64,000 nucleotides of DNA, taken from assembly GCA_963843845.1 (NCBI GenBank), contig CAWJMB010000001.1, positions 130,043 through 194,042 on the forward strand, read 5' to 3'. Source of the stretch: an uncultured Gemmatimonadaceae bacterium. Lineage in GTDB: Bacteria; Gemmatimonadota; Gemmatimonadetes; Gemmatimonadales; Gemmatimonadaceae. The position numbers and the translations under genes are program-made. This document shows positions 31,076-41,630 of the stretch, in pieces (within the stretch, counting starts at the first letter, position 1; each line of letters opens with the position of its first letter). The notes beneath the pieces were generated by a model that saw only the letters and a program-made list of their open reading frames with translations, did no database searches and was not told the origin of the DNA.

Positions 31076-33882
31076 ATGCGCGTGCTCTCCCCGCGCCGCC
31101 TCGCGTTCGTCTCGATCTCGCTCGTCGCCGCGGGTGCGTCAGGCGCGCAGGGGCCCGCAGCGCCGACCGCCGCGTCTGGCGCGCCGAAAAAGGTCCTGAC
31201 CCTCGCCGACTACGGGCGCTGGTCACGGCTCGGCACGCCGTCGCTGTCGCGCGACGGGCGGTGGGTCACCTGGGGGCAGACGCCAAACGATGGCGACCCC
31301 GTGGTTCACGTCCGAGCGCTCGCCGACACGACGCGCTACACGATCGGCGGCGCGGCGACCGCGGAGCTGAGCGACGACGGGCGATGGATCGCGGCGCTCG
31401 TGTCGCCGCCGGACAAGGACGCCGAGCGGCTGCGGCGGGCGCGTCGGCCGGTGCCGCGCGCGGCGGTGCTGCTCGACCTCGCGACGGGGAAGCGCGACAG
31501 CGTCCCGAACGCGCAGTCGATCACGTTCGCGGCGGGCGGGCGGTGGGTCGCGGTGAAGCGCGCGCGGCTCGACACCGCGTCGCGCGCGCAAGGTACGGAC
31601 GTCGTGCTGCGCGACCTCTCGACCGGGCTCGTGCGGCACCTCGGCGCCGTCTCACAGCTCGCGTTCAACGATCCGACGCGCGCGACCGCGACGCAGCTCG
31701 CCTACACGGTCGACGCGCCGGACCGCGCCGGAAACGGTGTGTACGTCGTAGACCTGGCGACGGGGCGCACGACGCCGCTCGCGACCGGGGCGGAAGTGTT
31801 CGACGGACTCGCGTGGGACGAGAGCGGAACGCGGCTCGCCGTGCTGCACGGCGCGGCGCCGGAGAAGATGAAGTATCGGGCGAACGGGCTCGCGGTGTTC
31901 ACCGGGCTGGGCGGCGCGGCGGCGCCGGTGCGCATCGACCTGGCGGCGAGTGCGTCGCCGAGCGGGTTGATCGTGAGCGAGAACGCGACGCCGGCGTGGA
32001 GTCGTGACGGGGCGCGGGTGTTCGTCGGGCTGCGGCCGCAAGAGGTCGATCCCGCGAAGGGCGACGAGCCGGTCGCGAACGTCGACGTCTGGCACTGGAA
32101 GGACGCGGACGTGCAGAGCGTGCAGATGGTGCGCGCGGAGCAGGACCGCCGCTACACGTACCTCGCGTCGTTCACGTTGGCCGACCGCGCGCTCGTGCAA
32201 GCTCGCGACCGACTCGATGCGGATCGTGACGCCGGTGGCCGGCGGCGCGCTGCTCGTCGGCCGCGACGACGCGCCGTATCGCGGCGGCGTGCAGTGGGGC
32301 GGCGCGAAGTCGGACCTCTACGCGATCGATCCGCACACCGGCGCGAAGGCGCTCATCGCGAAGGGGATCTCGCGCACGATGGGAAGCTCGCCCGACGGGC
32401 GGTGGTTCCTCTATCTCGATCGCGGCAAGGTGATGGCCGCCGATCTGCGGGCGCCAGGCGGGGTGCGCGGTGTCGACGTCTCGGCGATCGCGAACGTCGA
32501 CTTCGTGGATGCGGACGACGACCATCCGTACGAGCGGCCGGCGTACGGCGTCGCCGGGTGGAGCAAGGACGGGAAGAGCGTGCTGCTCAACCACCGCTTC
32601 GACGTGTGGCAGGTGCCGTTAGGCGGCGGCAGGGCGACGAACCTCACGCGCGGCGTCGGCGACTCGGCGCAGATCCGCTTCCGCGTCGCGCGGCTCGAAC
32701 AGCCCGCGCGCGGAGCGCCGTGGACGAGGCGCGGCGCGCGACGACGACGAGGGGATCGATCTCACGAAGCCGCTCGTGCTGTCGGCCTACGGCGAGTGGA
32801 CGAAGAAGAGCGGGTGGTACGTGCGCGAGCCGAGCGGCGCGCTGCGTCCGCTCGTCTTCGACGACGCCGCACTCGGCGGGCTCACGAAGGCGGAGGACGG
32901 CGGCCGGGTGGTGTTCACGCGGCAGACGTTCCGCGACGCGCCGGACGTGTGGACGAGCGCCGATCTGAGCGGCGTCGCGAGCGCGACGAGAGTGTCGAGC
33001 GCGAACCCACAGACCGGCGAGTACGCGTGGGGGCGGCGCGTGCTCGTCGACTTCGCGAACTCGAAGGGGCAGCGGCTGCAGGGAACGCTCGCGCTGCCGG
33101 CGAACTACGAGCCCGGAAAGAAGTACCCGATGATCGTGTACTTCTACGAGAAGGTCTCGAATCAGCACCATCAGTTCTCGATGCCCGTCTACGACGACCG
33201 GCCGCACTTCAGCGAGTACGCGAGCGCCGGGTACCTCGTGTTCATGCCGGACATCGTCTACGAGGAGGGAAAGCCCGGCTCGTCGGCGCTCGACTGCGTG
33301 ACGAGCGGCGTGAAGAAGGTCATCGAGCTGGGCTACGCCGACCCCGCGCGGCTGGCGATCCAGGGGCACTCGTGGGGAGGCTACCAGGGTTCGTTCATCA
33401 TCACGCAGACGAACATGTTCAAGGCGGCAGTCATCGGCGCGCCGCCGGCCGACCTCGTGAGCATGTACGATCAGCTCTACAAGAACACCGGCACGGTGAA
33501 CAACGGCATCTTCGAGGTCGGCCAGGTCCGCATGGGTGCCGACAAGAACCCGTGGAACGCGCACGAGCTGTACGAGAGCCAGTCGCCGGTACACCAGGTG
33601 CAGAACATCCAGACGCCGTTCCTGATCCTGCACGGGACCGAGGACGGGGCGGTCGACTGGCTGCAGGGGGTCGAGTTCTACAACGCGGCGCGGCGGTTCG
33701 GGAAGCAGGTCATCCTGCTCTCCTATCCGGGGGAGAACCACCACCTCGCGAAGAAGGAGAACACGAAGGATTTTCAGGTGCGGATGAAGCAGTTCTTCGA
33801 TCACTACCTGAAGGACGCGCCCGCGCCGGCGTGGATGACCGACGGGGTGCCGACGCTGAAAAAGGGACAGACCGCACCCTGA
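31076..33882 (+). CDS. S9 prolyl oligopeptidase-family peptidase (frameshifts near 32200 and 32725)
   Basis: Signal peptide, beta-propeller, catalytic GHSWGGY, HGTEDGAVD and YPGENHH. Confidence 0.9.
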
Positions 33883-33939
33883 GTCGTCTATTGGTGTATC
33901 ATGTGTACCGTGTAAACTCTCGTACCTGTTTCCTGATTC

Positions 33940-34392
33940 GTGACTGCACGACCTCAACCGTCCAGACGCCGCCGTAAGAAAGGTCCGCCCGCCGCGCCCA
34001 CGACGCGCCTCACGTCGCTCCCCACGGGGCGCCGCGCGTACACCGAGACGCGTCAGTGGCTGCTCGACCGCCACGGCCCCGTCTGCGCCTACTGTGGGCT
34101 GAAGAAGGACCACGAGCTGATCACGCTCGACCACGTGACGCCGCGCCGCGGGCAGACGGCGTACGACCGGCGCGACAACCTCGTCCTCGCCTGCCAGCGC
34201 TGCAACGGCTCGAAAGCCGACACGCCGATCCTCGCCTTTCTGCTCGCGCGGCGCGAGCGGGCGGCGTCGCTGCTGCGCTACGGGATGCACCTGAGCCACG
34301 GCCTCACGGACATGGCGCGCCAGATCGCCGGCGAAGATGCGTACGCGCTCGCCGAGCGCCTGTCCGACCCGGACTACCCGTACGCGGACTGA
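33940..34392 (+). CDS. HNH endonuclease
   Basis: CAYCG...TLDHVTP...NLVLACQRCNGSK. Confidence 0.88.
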   Translation: MTARPQPSRRRRKKGPPAAPTTRLTSLPTGRRAYTETRQWLLDRHGPVCAYCGLKKDHELITLDHVTPRRGQTAYDRRDNLVLACQRCNGSKADTPILAFLLARRERAASLLRYGMHLSHGLTDMARQIAGEDAYALAERLSDPDYPYAD

Positions 34393-34431
34393 CGCCGCCT
34401 CGGACCGCCTACACCCTGGCCGATCCGCCGC

Positions 34432-35364
34432 CTAACGCTCGTCGAACGCGGCGTAGGCGGCGGCGATGCGGGCGGCGAGGGCGGCGTTCGACCGCACGAG
34501 GGCGACGTTCGCGGCGAGGCTGCGGCCGCCGGTGATCTCCACGATCCGCCTGAGCAGGTACGGCGTCGTCTCCTTGCCCCCGACGCCGGCGGCGTGCATC
34601 TCGCGCAGCGCGCGCTCGATCACGGGCTCGATCTCGGCGTTCGGGATCTCCGACGCGAGCGGGATCGGATTGGCGATGAGGATCCCTCCGGCGAGGCCCA
34701 ACGCCCACTTCGCGTGCATCGTCCGGGCGATCTCGTCGGGCGTGTCGAGCGAGAGCGGCGCAGTGTGGCCGCTCGCTCTCGAATAGAACGCCGGGAACTC
34801 GCGCGTGCCGAAGGCGATCACCGGCACGCCTAACGTCTCGAGCATCTCGAGCGTGTGCCCGATCGCGAGGATGCTCTTCACGCCGGCGCTGACGACGGCG
34901 ACGTCGGTGCGCGCGAGCTCGGTGAGATCGGCGCTGACATCGAACGACGCGGACGCGTCGCGGTGCACGCCGCCCGTGCCGCCGGTCGCGAACACGGCGA
35001 TGCCGGCGAGCCGTGCGAGGCGCATCGTCGTGGCGACGGTCGTCGCCCCGTGCGTGCGGCGCGCGATGGTGACGGGGAGATCGCGCAGACTGATCTTCTC
35101 GACGCCCGGGTCGGTCCCCAACAGCTCCAGTTCCTCGGCGGAGAGCCCGATCGTCGGCACACCGTGCAGGACGGCGATCGTCGCCGGCGTCGCGCCATGG
35201 TCGCGCACGACCTGCTCGACGGCGCGCGCGGTCGCGACGTTCTCCGGGTACGGCATGCCGTGGCTGATGATCGTGCTCTCGAGCGCGACGACCGGTGCGC
35301 CGCGGGCGAGCGCGTCGCGCACGTCGTCGGCGACGCGAAGGAGTGGGTGGATCGCGGTCGGCAC
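34432..35364 (-). CDS. psuG: Pseudouridine-5'-phosphate glycosidase
   Basis: VVALESTIISHGMPYPEN, GATTVATTM, FATGG.GGVHR, DVSADL.EL, GKETTPYLL. Confidence 0.96.
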   Translation of the reverse strand: MPTAIHPLLRVADDVRDALARGAPVVALESTIISHGMPYPENVATARAVEQVVRDHGATPATIAVLHGVPTIGLSAEELELLGTDPGVEKISLRDLPVTIARRTHGATTVATTMRLARLAGIAVFATGGTGGVHRDASASFDVSADLTELARTDVAVVSAGVKSILAIGHTLEMLETLGVPVIAFGTREFPAFYSRASGHTAPLSLDTPDEIARTMHAKWALGLAGGILIANPIPLASEIPNAEIEPVIERALREMHAAGVGGKETTPYLLRRIVEITGGRSLAANVALVRSNAALAARIAAAYAAFDER

Positions 35365-35440
35365 GGGTGCTCTGCGTGGCGGGAGCGCTCGAAGCTAGCG
35401 ACGTGCGACCCGACGAGCGCTTGCGGCGCTCGACCGCGAC

Positions 35441-35455
35441 GTGTACGGTGTACAC
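35441..35455. promoter_or_regulatory. Palindrome GTGTAC-GGT-GTACAC, candidate TetR operator
   Basis: Perfect 6-bp arms ending 3 bp before the TetR ATG, in the psuG/TetR divergent region. Confidence 0.6.
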
Positions 35456-35458
35456 AGC

Positions 35459-36043
35459 ATGAAGACACGTGACCGGCTCATTCACGCGGCGGAGCGCATT
35501 CACCAGCGCGAGGGGCTCGAGGCGGTGTCGATGCGGCGGCTCGCCGAGGAGGTCGGGCTGACGCCGATGGCGGCGTACCGGCACTTCCGCGACAAGGACG
35601 CGCTGCTCGACGCGCTCGTCGATGCCGGGCTCGCACGGTGGGAGCAGTATCTCGCGGTCGCGGCGAGTGCGGCGACGCCGCTCGAGCGGGTCCGGTCCGC
35701 GCTGACGGCGTACGTCGGCTTCGCGTTGGGCGAGCCGCACGCCTTCCAGCTCACCTACCTCGTGACCCGGCGGCGCGACGACGTGCCGCCGGCGCCGCTG
35801 CGCATGACGGCGTCACCCGCCTACGCCGCGATCGTCGATGCGGCGCGCGACGCGATCGCGTCGGGAGAGATGCGCGCCGGCGATCCGGCGGAGCACGTCG
35901 GGCTCGCGTGGGCCTCGGTGCATGGCCTCATCGTGCTTCACCGCGGCGGGCGGTTCGGATTCGACGACGCGAAGTTCCGCGCGGCCGCTGGGAGGACCAT
36001 CGACTCGTTGCTCCAACTGCTGGCTCCGAACGCGACGCGTTAG
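35459..36043 (+). CDS. TetR/AcrR regulator (WHG-type C-terminus)
   Basis: HTH SMRRLAEEVGLTPMAAYRHF..KDALL; AWASVHG. Confidence 0.92.
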   Translation: MKTRDRLIHAAERIHQREGLEAVSMRRLAEEVGLTPMAAYRHFRDKDALLDALVDAGLARWEQYLAVAASAATPLERVRSALTAYVGFALGEPHAFQLTYLVTRRRDDVPPAPLRMTASPAYAAIVDAARDAIASGEMRAGDPAEHVGLAWASVHGLIVLHRGGRFGFDDAKFRAAAGRTIDSLLQLLAPNATR

Positions 36044-36084
36044 GCGGGCGACTGTGCGAGAGCGTGGAACGACTCCCCGCGCCC

Positions 36085-36876
36085 TCACATCAGCGACCGG
36101 ATCCACCCTCCGTCGACCGGAATCGACTGCCCGGTGATGTAGCTCGCGCGGTCGGACGCGAGGAACGCCGCGAGGGCGGCGAACTCGCGCGGCTCGCCGA
36201 GTCGGCCCATGGGGATCTCGCGCTCCCAGGCGGCGATCGCCTCGTCTTTCGACGTACCGCGCGTGGCCGCGTTCTTCTCGGCCAGCTCCTCGACGCGCTG
36301 CGTGCGCGTGTAGCCGGGAAGCAGGTTGTTCACGGTCACGCCGAACGGCGCGACTTCGTTCGCGAGCGTGCGCGCGAAGCCGGTGACGGCGGCGCGGACG
36401 GCGTTGGAGAGCACGAGGCCGTCGACGGGCTGCTTCGCGGCGATCGACGTCACGTTCAGGATACGTCCCCAGCCTCGCGCTTTCATGCCGGGAAGCACGC
36501 CGCGCGTGAGGTCGAGCACGCTGTCGAGGTTCTGGCGCACGGCCTCGTGCCACGTGTCGCGCGAGTGCGACTCGAACGGGCCGGGCGGTGGGCCGCCGGT
36601 GTTCGTGAGCAGGATGTCGACCCGGCCGAACGTCTCGAGCGCGGTCGCGATCACGCGGTCGACGTGCGTCGGGTCGCCGAGGTTCGCGGCGACGGGGATC
36701 GCGCGGACGCCGTGCGCCTGCGCGATCGCCGCCGCGGCCTCGCCTAACGGCCCGCCGCTGCGCGCCGCGAGCACGAGATCGACGCCGGCCGCCGCCAGCT
36801 CCTCGGCCACCGCGCGGCCGAGGCCGCGACTGGCGCCGGCGACGAGCGCGACGCGTCCCTCGATGCCGAGGTCCAT
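36085..36876 (-). CDS. SDR family oxidoreductase
   Basis: GASRGLG, NTGGPPPG, SNAVR, PGYTRT, YITGQSIPVDGG. Confidence 0.93.
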   Translation of the reverse strand: MDLGIEGRVALVAGASRGLGRAVAEELAAAGVDLVLAARSGGPLGEAAAAIAQAHGVRAIPVAANLGDPTHVDRVIATALETFGRVDILLTNTGGPPPGPFESHSRDTWHEAVRQNLDSVLDLTRGVLPGMKARGWGRILNVTSIAAKQPVDGLVLSNAVRAAVTGFARTLANEVAPFGVTVNNLLPGYTRTQRVEELAEKNAATRGTSKDEAIAAWEREIPMGRLGEPREFAALAAFLASDRASYITGQSIPVDGGWIRSLM

Positions 36877-36878
36877 GA

Positions 36879-37253
36879 CTACTTCTGGTGGAAGTACGAG
36901 TCGGTCTTGTCGAGCCAGTCCTGCCGTGGCGGGTTGAACACGTCGACGTCGAGCGTGTCTTCGAGCGCGAATGCCTCGTGCGGCACGTTCGACGGGATCA
37001 CCAGCACCTCGCCCGCGCGGACGTCCATCTCCGTGCGCTCGTCGCCGATCCAGAAGCGGAGCGCGCCGTCGACGATGTAGGTGATCTGCTCGTTCTCGTG
37101 CTGGTGCTTCGGCACGACGGCGCCCTTCGCGAGGTAGACGTGGGCGATCATCATGCGCGGGCCGGTGATGATGCGACGCTCGATGGCGTCGGTCACGCGC
37201 TCGCGGGGCATGTCGTCCCAGCGGTAGAGCTGGACATCGTTCGACGAAGGCAT
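36879..37253 (-). CDS. Cupin domain protein
   Basis: PKHQHENEQITY and GEVLVIPSNVPH; DVFNPPRQDW. Confidence 0.9.
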   Translation of the reverse strand: MPSSNDVQLYRWDDMPRERVTDAIERRIITGPRMMIAHVYLAKGAVVPKHQHENEQITYIVDGALRFWIGDERTEMDVRAGEVLVIPSNVPHEAFALEDTLDVDVFNPPRQDWLDKTDSYFHQK

Positions 37254-37468
37254 CGGGCGTACGGTGTGAAGTGAGGGCGGCGTGGACGCCGGCACAATCT
37301 ACTGCGTGGGACGCACCAGCTTCTCGCCGCCGTGCGTGTCGGAGGTGCGGGGCACCTCGATGGGTCGGAAGTCATCGCGCTGCTCGATGCCCAGCACGGC
37401 GACGTCGCACACCGTCGGCGCCGAACGCGAGGGCGAGCGGGCCGTCGTCGTGCGTGACATGCAGGGTC

Positions 37469-37512
37469 CCGTCGTCGTGCCGTCGTCGTGCCGTCGTCGT
37501 GCCGTCGGCGTC
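37469..37512. repeat. Tandem repeat, about 4 x 11 bp (CCGTCGTCGTG)
   Basis: Three perfect units at 37469, 37480 and 37491 plus one degenerate; just downstream of the SRPBCC stop. Confidence 0.75.
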
Positions 37513-37537
37513 GCGCACGGTGGCGACACAGCGTGAC

Positions 37538-38095
37538 TCACAGCCCATGGGCCGCCTCAGCGAACACGCTCACGCTGTCGGGGGTGACGTCGACCCCGTG
37601 GCGCCTGCCTAACGCGCGGAGGTACGTGTCGATCGTGCGCGTGTGGCCGAACACGTAGCGCGAGACGACGCGGAAGATCGGGTTGTAGACGATGCCACGT
37701 TCGGTGATCGTGACGTCGCTCGCCGAGTCGCCGGCGGGAGCGACGCGGTACTCCCACGCCCCGCCGTACGGAAGGTCGGGCGTCGCGATGCGCGCGACGA
37801 ACCGCGCTGGCGGCTGCTCGGTCTGCACCCGGTACTCGACCGTGTCTCGACCGCTGAGCTCGCGCCACCCGCGCCTGCCGGACGCGTCCGCGCCCACCAG
37901 CTCGACGCGCTCGACGTCGGTGCGCCACGACGGATAGGCGGCGACGTCGGTGATCGTCGCCCACACCGCGGCCGGCGGGGCGGGGATGCGGGCCCTCATC
38001 GCGGCGACGTGGTCGCGCGGGAGCATCCAGCCGATGACGACGATCGCGATCAGCAGGAGCGCGAGAAGGGCGGCGGCGTAGGCGAGCCAGCGCAT
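37538..38095 (-). CDS. SRPBCC (START-like) protein with N-terminal TM
   Basis: IPAPPAAVWATITDVAAYPSWR; VTITERGIVYNPIFR. Confidence 0.85.
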   Translation of the reverse strand: MRWLAYAAALLALLLIAIVVIGWMLPRDHVAAMRARIPAPPAAVWATITDVAAYPSWRTDVERVELVGADASGRRGWRELSGRDTVEYRVQTEQPPARFVARIATPDLPYGGAWEYRVAPAGDSASDVTITERGIVYNPIFRVVSRYVFGHTRTIDTYLRALGRRHGVDVTPDSVSVFAEAAHGL

Positions 38096-38108
38096 GGCGG
38101 GGGGGGGG

Positions 38109-38576
38109 TCAGGCCGTGGGACGCGCGCGGGTGCGGGCCTGCTGCGCGGCCCCCGCGGCGGTGGCGAGCGGCGCGAGTCCGCGGAGGGCCGCGTCGCGCG
38201 CGGCGTCGTCGAGCTGGGCGAGCATGTCGGCGACGAGGTCGGGGTCGAGTACCGAGTGTGCGGCGCGCACGCGCACGCCGGCGTCGGTGAGACGGAGCTG
38301 CACGCGCCGGCGGTCGGCGGAGTCGAGGGCGCGTGCGACGTACCCCTGGCCGACGAGTCGTCCGACGGCGATCGACATCGGTCCCGGCGTCACGCCCATG
38401 TGCTCGGCCAGCTCGCCGAGGATCATGGGGTGACGAGATCGAGATGGTCGAGGATGCTGACCTGATTGGCACTCAGCAGCGTGCCGCTCGTCGGGTCACG
38501 AACGTGGCGGCGATGACAGGCGAAACAGATGCGTGGGTAGTCGCGGAAGACCGCGGCGACTCTCGGGGTCGGGCAT
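38109..38576 (-). CDS. MarR family regulator (frameshifted 5' part)
   Basis: Reconstructed [18 protein letters not shown]...QVSILDHLD then [13 protein letters not shown]...[13 protein letters not shown]. Confidence 0.75.
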
Positions 38577-38699
38577 GGATCGAACGTACCCTTTCATCGC
38601 GTTCTGTCGACACAGAACATTGGCGTGCCTCGCGAACTTGCGGCGCGACTGCCGGGTATCACCCTCCGAACGTGTCACCTCCCTCTCGACACTCCCGAC

Positions 38700-39194
38700 A
38701 TGCGCCGCGCTCTGCTCGCCCTGGTCGTCTCGACCGCCGTACCGCTCCTCGCCCAGCCGAAGCCGAACGACACGGAGCTGAAGAAGCGGCTCACGCCGTT
38801 GCAGTACGAGGTCACGCAGCACGATGCGACCGAGACGCCGTTCCGGAACACGTACTGGGACAACCACCGCGCCGGGATCTACGTCGACATCGTCTCCGGC
38901 GAGCCGCTGTTCTCGTCGAAGGACAAGTTCGAATCGGGCACCGGCTGGCCGAGCTTCACGCGCCCGCTCGTCCCGACGAACGTGAAGGCGAAGAGCGACA
39001 ACACGTACGGCATGACCCGCACCGAGGTGCGGTCGGCCGGAGCGAACTCGCACCTCGGGCATCTGTTCGACGACGGGCCCGCCCCGACGGGGCTGCGCTA
39101 CTGCATCAACTCGGCGTCGCTGCGCTTCGTGCCGATCGACTCGCTGGCCGCGCAGGGATACGGGAAGTACCTCGCGACGTTCGGCAAGAAATGA
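38700..39194 (+). CDS. msrB: Peptide-methionine (R)-S-oxide reductase with signal peptide
   Basis: [42 protein letters not shown]. Confidence 0.96.
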   Translation: MRRALLALVVSTAVPLLAQPKPNDTELKKRLTPLQYEVTQHDATETPFRNTYWDNHRAGIYVDIVSGEPLFSSKDKFESGTGWPSFTRPLVPTNVKAKSDNTYGMTRTEVRSAGANSHLGHLFDDGPAPTGLRYCINSASLRFVPIDSLAAQGYGKYLATFGKK

Positions 39195-39225
39195 TCGTGG
39201 TCCGGCACCGCGTGCCGGGCGGTGG

Positions 39226-40038
39226 TCAGCGGTCCGCGACGAGCGCGACGACGGTGGGCGCTCCGTCGCCGGGCGTGTACGACGCGAGCGTCAGCGTGAG
39301 CGAGAACTTCGCGAACTTCGTCGCGATCTTGACGGGGTAGCGCGCCGCGTCGTCGGTGAACCAGACGCGCGCGTCGCCGTTCTCGGCGAAGATGCCCTTC
39401 GCCTTGATGCTCGGATGCACGACGACCGTCGCGAACGTGCCGGCGCCGACGGTCACGGTATCGCGCGACACGCCGCGGAGGATGACCGGGTTGCGGTCGG
39501 GCTTGAAATAGCGGTCGAACCGCTGGGTCTCGCCGACCTGCACGGCGGCGGCACGCACGGCATAGATGAACGAGCCATCGTCGAGCGGGTCGCGCACGCT
39601 GGACAGGGCGCTGTCGCCGTTCTCGGTGTACTGCGCGCGCTCGGGGTAGATCTCGTAGCTCCGCGTGCGTCGTCTGCTCCCTTCGGCGATCGTCTGCGTG
39701 TAGCGGAGCGACGCGTGCGTCGCGGTGTCGATCCAGCTCTCGTAGCGGTCGTGCACCCGGAACCCGATGATGCCGCCGTCGATCGTGAACACGAGGTGAT
39801 AGGCGGGGCGGCCGCGCACGCTCTCGATGCCGGCGATGCGCATGCGCGCCGAGCCGACCGGCAGCTTGCCGAACGTCGCCTTGTAGACGAGATCCTCCCC
39901 GACCGCGAGCGGACGATGGGCTGTCTGCGTGGCCGGTGTGGCCTGCGCAGGCGCCGACGGCGCCGCGGCCGACAGGGCGGCGATGGTGCCCAACGCCGCG
40001 AGCGCGGCGCGACGTGCGTGACGCAGGGTGTCGGTCAT
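39226..40038 (-). CDS. DUF3108-like secreted protein
   Basis: Signal peptide; GEDLVY, FRVHDRYESWID, DPLDDGSFIY, VGAGTF, VWFTDD..RYPVKI. Confidence 0.75.
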   Translation of the reverse strand: MTDTLRHARRAALAALGTIAALSAAAPSAPAQATPATQTAHRPLAVGEDLVYKATFGKLPVGSARMRIAGIESVRGRPAYHLVFTIDGGIIGFRVHDRYESWIDTATHASLRYTQTIAEGSRRRTRSYEIYPERAQYTENGDSALSSVRDPLDDGSFIYAVRAAAVQVGETQRFDRYFKPDRNPVILRGVSRDTVTVGAGTFATVVVHPSIKAKGIFAENGDARVWFTDDAARYPVKIATKFAKFSLTLTLASYTPGDGAPTVVALVADR

Positions 40039-40158
40039 GTCTATGCTCCGTGCGCGCCGGGCGCGCGATCTCCTCGATGTCGAGACTCCGCCGGCGGGGT
40101 GGGCGTCGGATCTCGGCTCACAGACACCAACCGCACGACGCACCCCGATCGCCCGCGG

Positions 40159-40800
40159 TCACTCGCGACCGCGAACCGCTCGCCACTTGCCGCGCCCCTC
40201 ACCGACCACCGTCGCGGCGCCGGCGATCGTGAAGCGGCCGACGAGGGTGTCGCCGCGCTGCACGCCGCGGAAGGTGGCGCGTGCCGTACAGTTGCACGCG
40301 GGGTCGAAATAGTCGGTGAGCTCGAGCACGAACGGCGTGCTGTCGCCGGCCGCGCGCTGCTGCGTCGCGCTCGCGATGCGCGATCGGACGAGGACGGCCG
40401 GCGCGACGGCCGGCGCGTCCGCGGCGGCGGCGAGCCCCTGCCGGGGCGTGACGCGCCACGCCACGTAGCCGCGCGCGCCGTGCGCGAGGCCGCCAGGCTG
40501 CACGACGAGCGCGAGCGCGCCGCGCTGTCCGTACGTCCGCCCCTCGTAGTCTCCGTACCACGTCTCGACGCGGCGGTCGGTGCTCACCGTCGTGGTGCGC
40601 ACGCCGAGGAGCTCGTCGAGCGCGATGGGACGCAGGGCGTCGACGCGCACCGCAGACGCGGGGGGCGCGGGGGCGATGGCCACCTCGCCGCTGCTCGCGG
40701 TCGACGTGAGCGCTGTCGGCGCGAGGTGCGCGCAGGCGGCGAGCGCGACGGCGACGCCGACGGACGCGGCGCGACTCGTGAGCCTGACTGCCGACCGCAT
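40159..40800 (-). CDS. Hypothetical lipoprotein
   Basis: Lipobox ALAAC; C-terminal beta-rich segment with CNC. Confidence 0.55.
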   Translation of the reverse strand: MRSAVRLTSRAASVGVAVALAACAHLAPTALTSTASSGEVAIAPAPPASAVRVDALRPIALDELLGVRTTTVSTDRRVETWYGDYEGRTYGQRGALALVVQPGGLAHGARGYVAWRVTPRQGLAAAADAPAVAPAVLVRSRIASATQQRAAGDSTPFVLELTDYFDPACNCTARATFRGVQRGDTLVGRFTIAGAATVVGEGRGKWRAVRGRE

Positions 40801-40972
40801 GAGTGGATGGTGGAGTGCGATCATACGTGCGTCTCTCGGTGGTGCTGCTCTCTCCGACGTCGAACGGCCGGCCGTGAGATCGACAGGTCGCTCGACGTGC
40901 GTACTCGGGCGGAATGCGTAAACAGCGTTGCTACAGAAGGGCGCGCCGCACTTCGCTGCGGGTGTCATCGAA

Positions 40973-41479
40973 CTAGGGCGCGAGTGGGACGGCGGTGACG
41001 ACGGCCGCGGCGAGGACGGCGTGCTCGCTCGTCTCACAGGCGAAGCGGTGCGCGCCGCCGACGCGCTGCTGCACGCGGGCGATGACGTCGGCGAGCGTGA
41101 CGCTGGCGAGCGAGAGCTCGAGCGCCTGCGTCGCGTCGTCGAAGACCTCGGCGAGCACCGGGCGCACGGCGCGGTTCATCGAGCAGACCGGGTTGCCGCC
41201 GCTGCGCGGCATCGCGAACAGCGTGGAGTCGTTCACCGCGCGCCAGATGTCGGCGAGTGTGATCTCACCGGGGGTGCGCGCGAGCCGGGCACCGCCGTTC
41301 GGGCCCATCTGGCCGACGACGAGGCCGGCTTTCGTGAGCGCCTGGAACAGCCGACGGATCGAGACGGCGTTCGTCTGCACGCTCTCGGCGATGCGGTCGG
41401 ACGTGACGGGGCACTCGTCGGAGAAGGCGAGCATTCCGAGCGTGTGGATCGCGACGGCGAGGCGGGCGTTCGTCGACAT
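40973..41479 (-). CDS. Rrf2 family regulator lacking the 3-Cys Fe-S motif
   Basis: MSTNARLAVAIH, TSDRIAESVQTN, GPNGGARLAR..ITLADIWRAV, NPVC. Confidence 0.92.
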   Translation of the reverse strand: MSTNARLAVAIHTLGMLAFSDECPVTSDRIAESVQTNAVSIRRLFQALTKAGLVVGQMGPNGGARLARTPGEITLADIWRAVNDSTLFAMPRSGGNPVCSMNRAVRPVLAEVFDDATQALELSLASVTLADVIARVQQRVGGAHRFACETSEHAVLAAAVVTAVPLAP

Positions 41480-41484
41480 GAACT

Positions 41485-41501
41485 GTAACTTACGATGTTA
41501 C
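41485..41501. promoter_or_regulatory. Inverted repeat GTAAC-N7-GTTAC, candidate Rrf2 operator
   Basis: AT-rich palindrome 5 bp upstream of the Rrf2 ATG. Confidence 0.6.
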
Positions 41502-41630
41502 TCATTGTCGTGCAACTGCGCGGCCCGACGCCGCTCGACCAGCCGCCGGACGGCGGGACCGACGGCGACGCGGCGGCGCTGCACGGCCGGTGTGCAGCGC
41601 GATCGCCGGTGCGTGCCGCCGTCCGGCGCG

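Noticed and set aside
33940..34392. HNH nuclease as part of a defence system or mobile element
   Set aside because: Solitary, host-like composition, no partner genes or mobility signatures nearby.
37299..37541. 80-aa ORF between cupin and SRPBCC
   Set aside because: Largely built from an 11-bp tandem repeat with no recognisable motif; not supportable as a gene.
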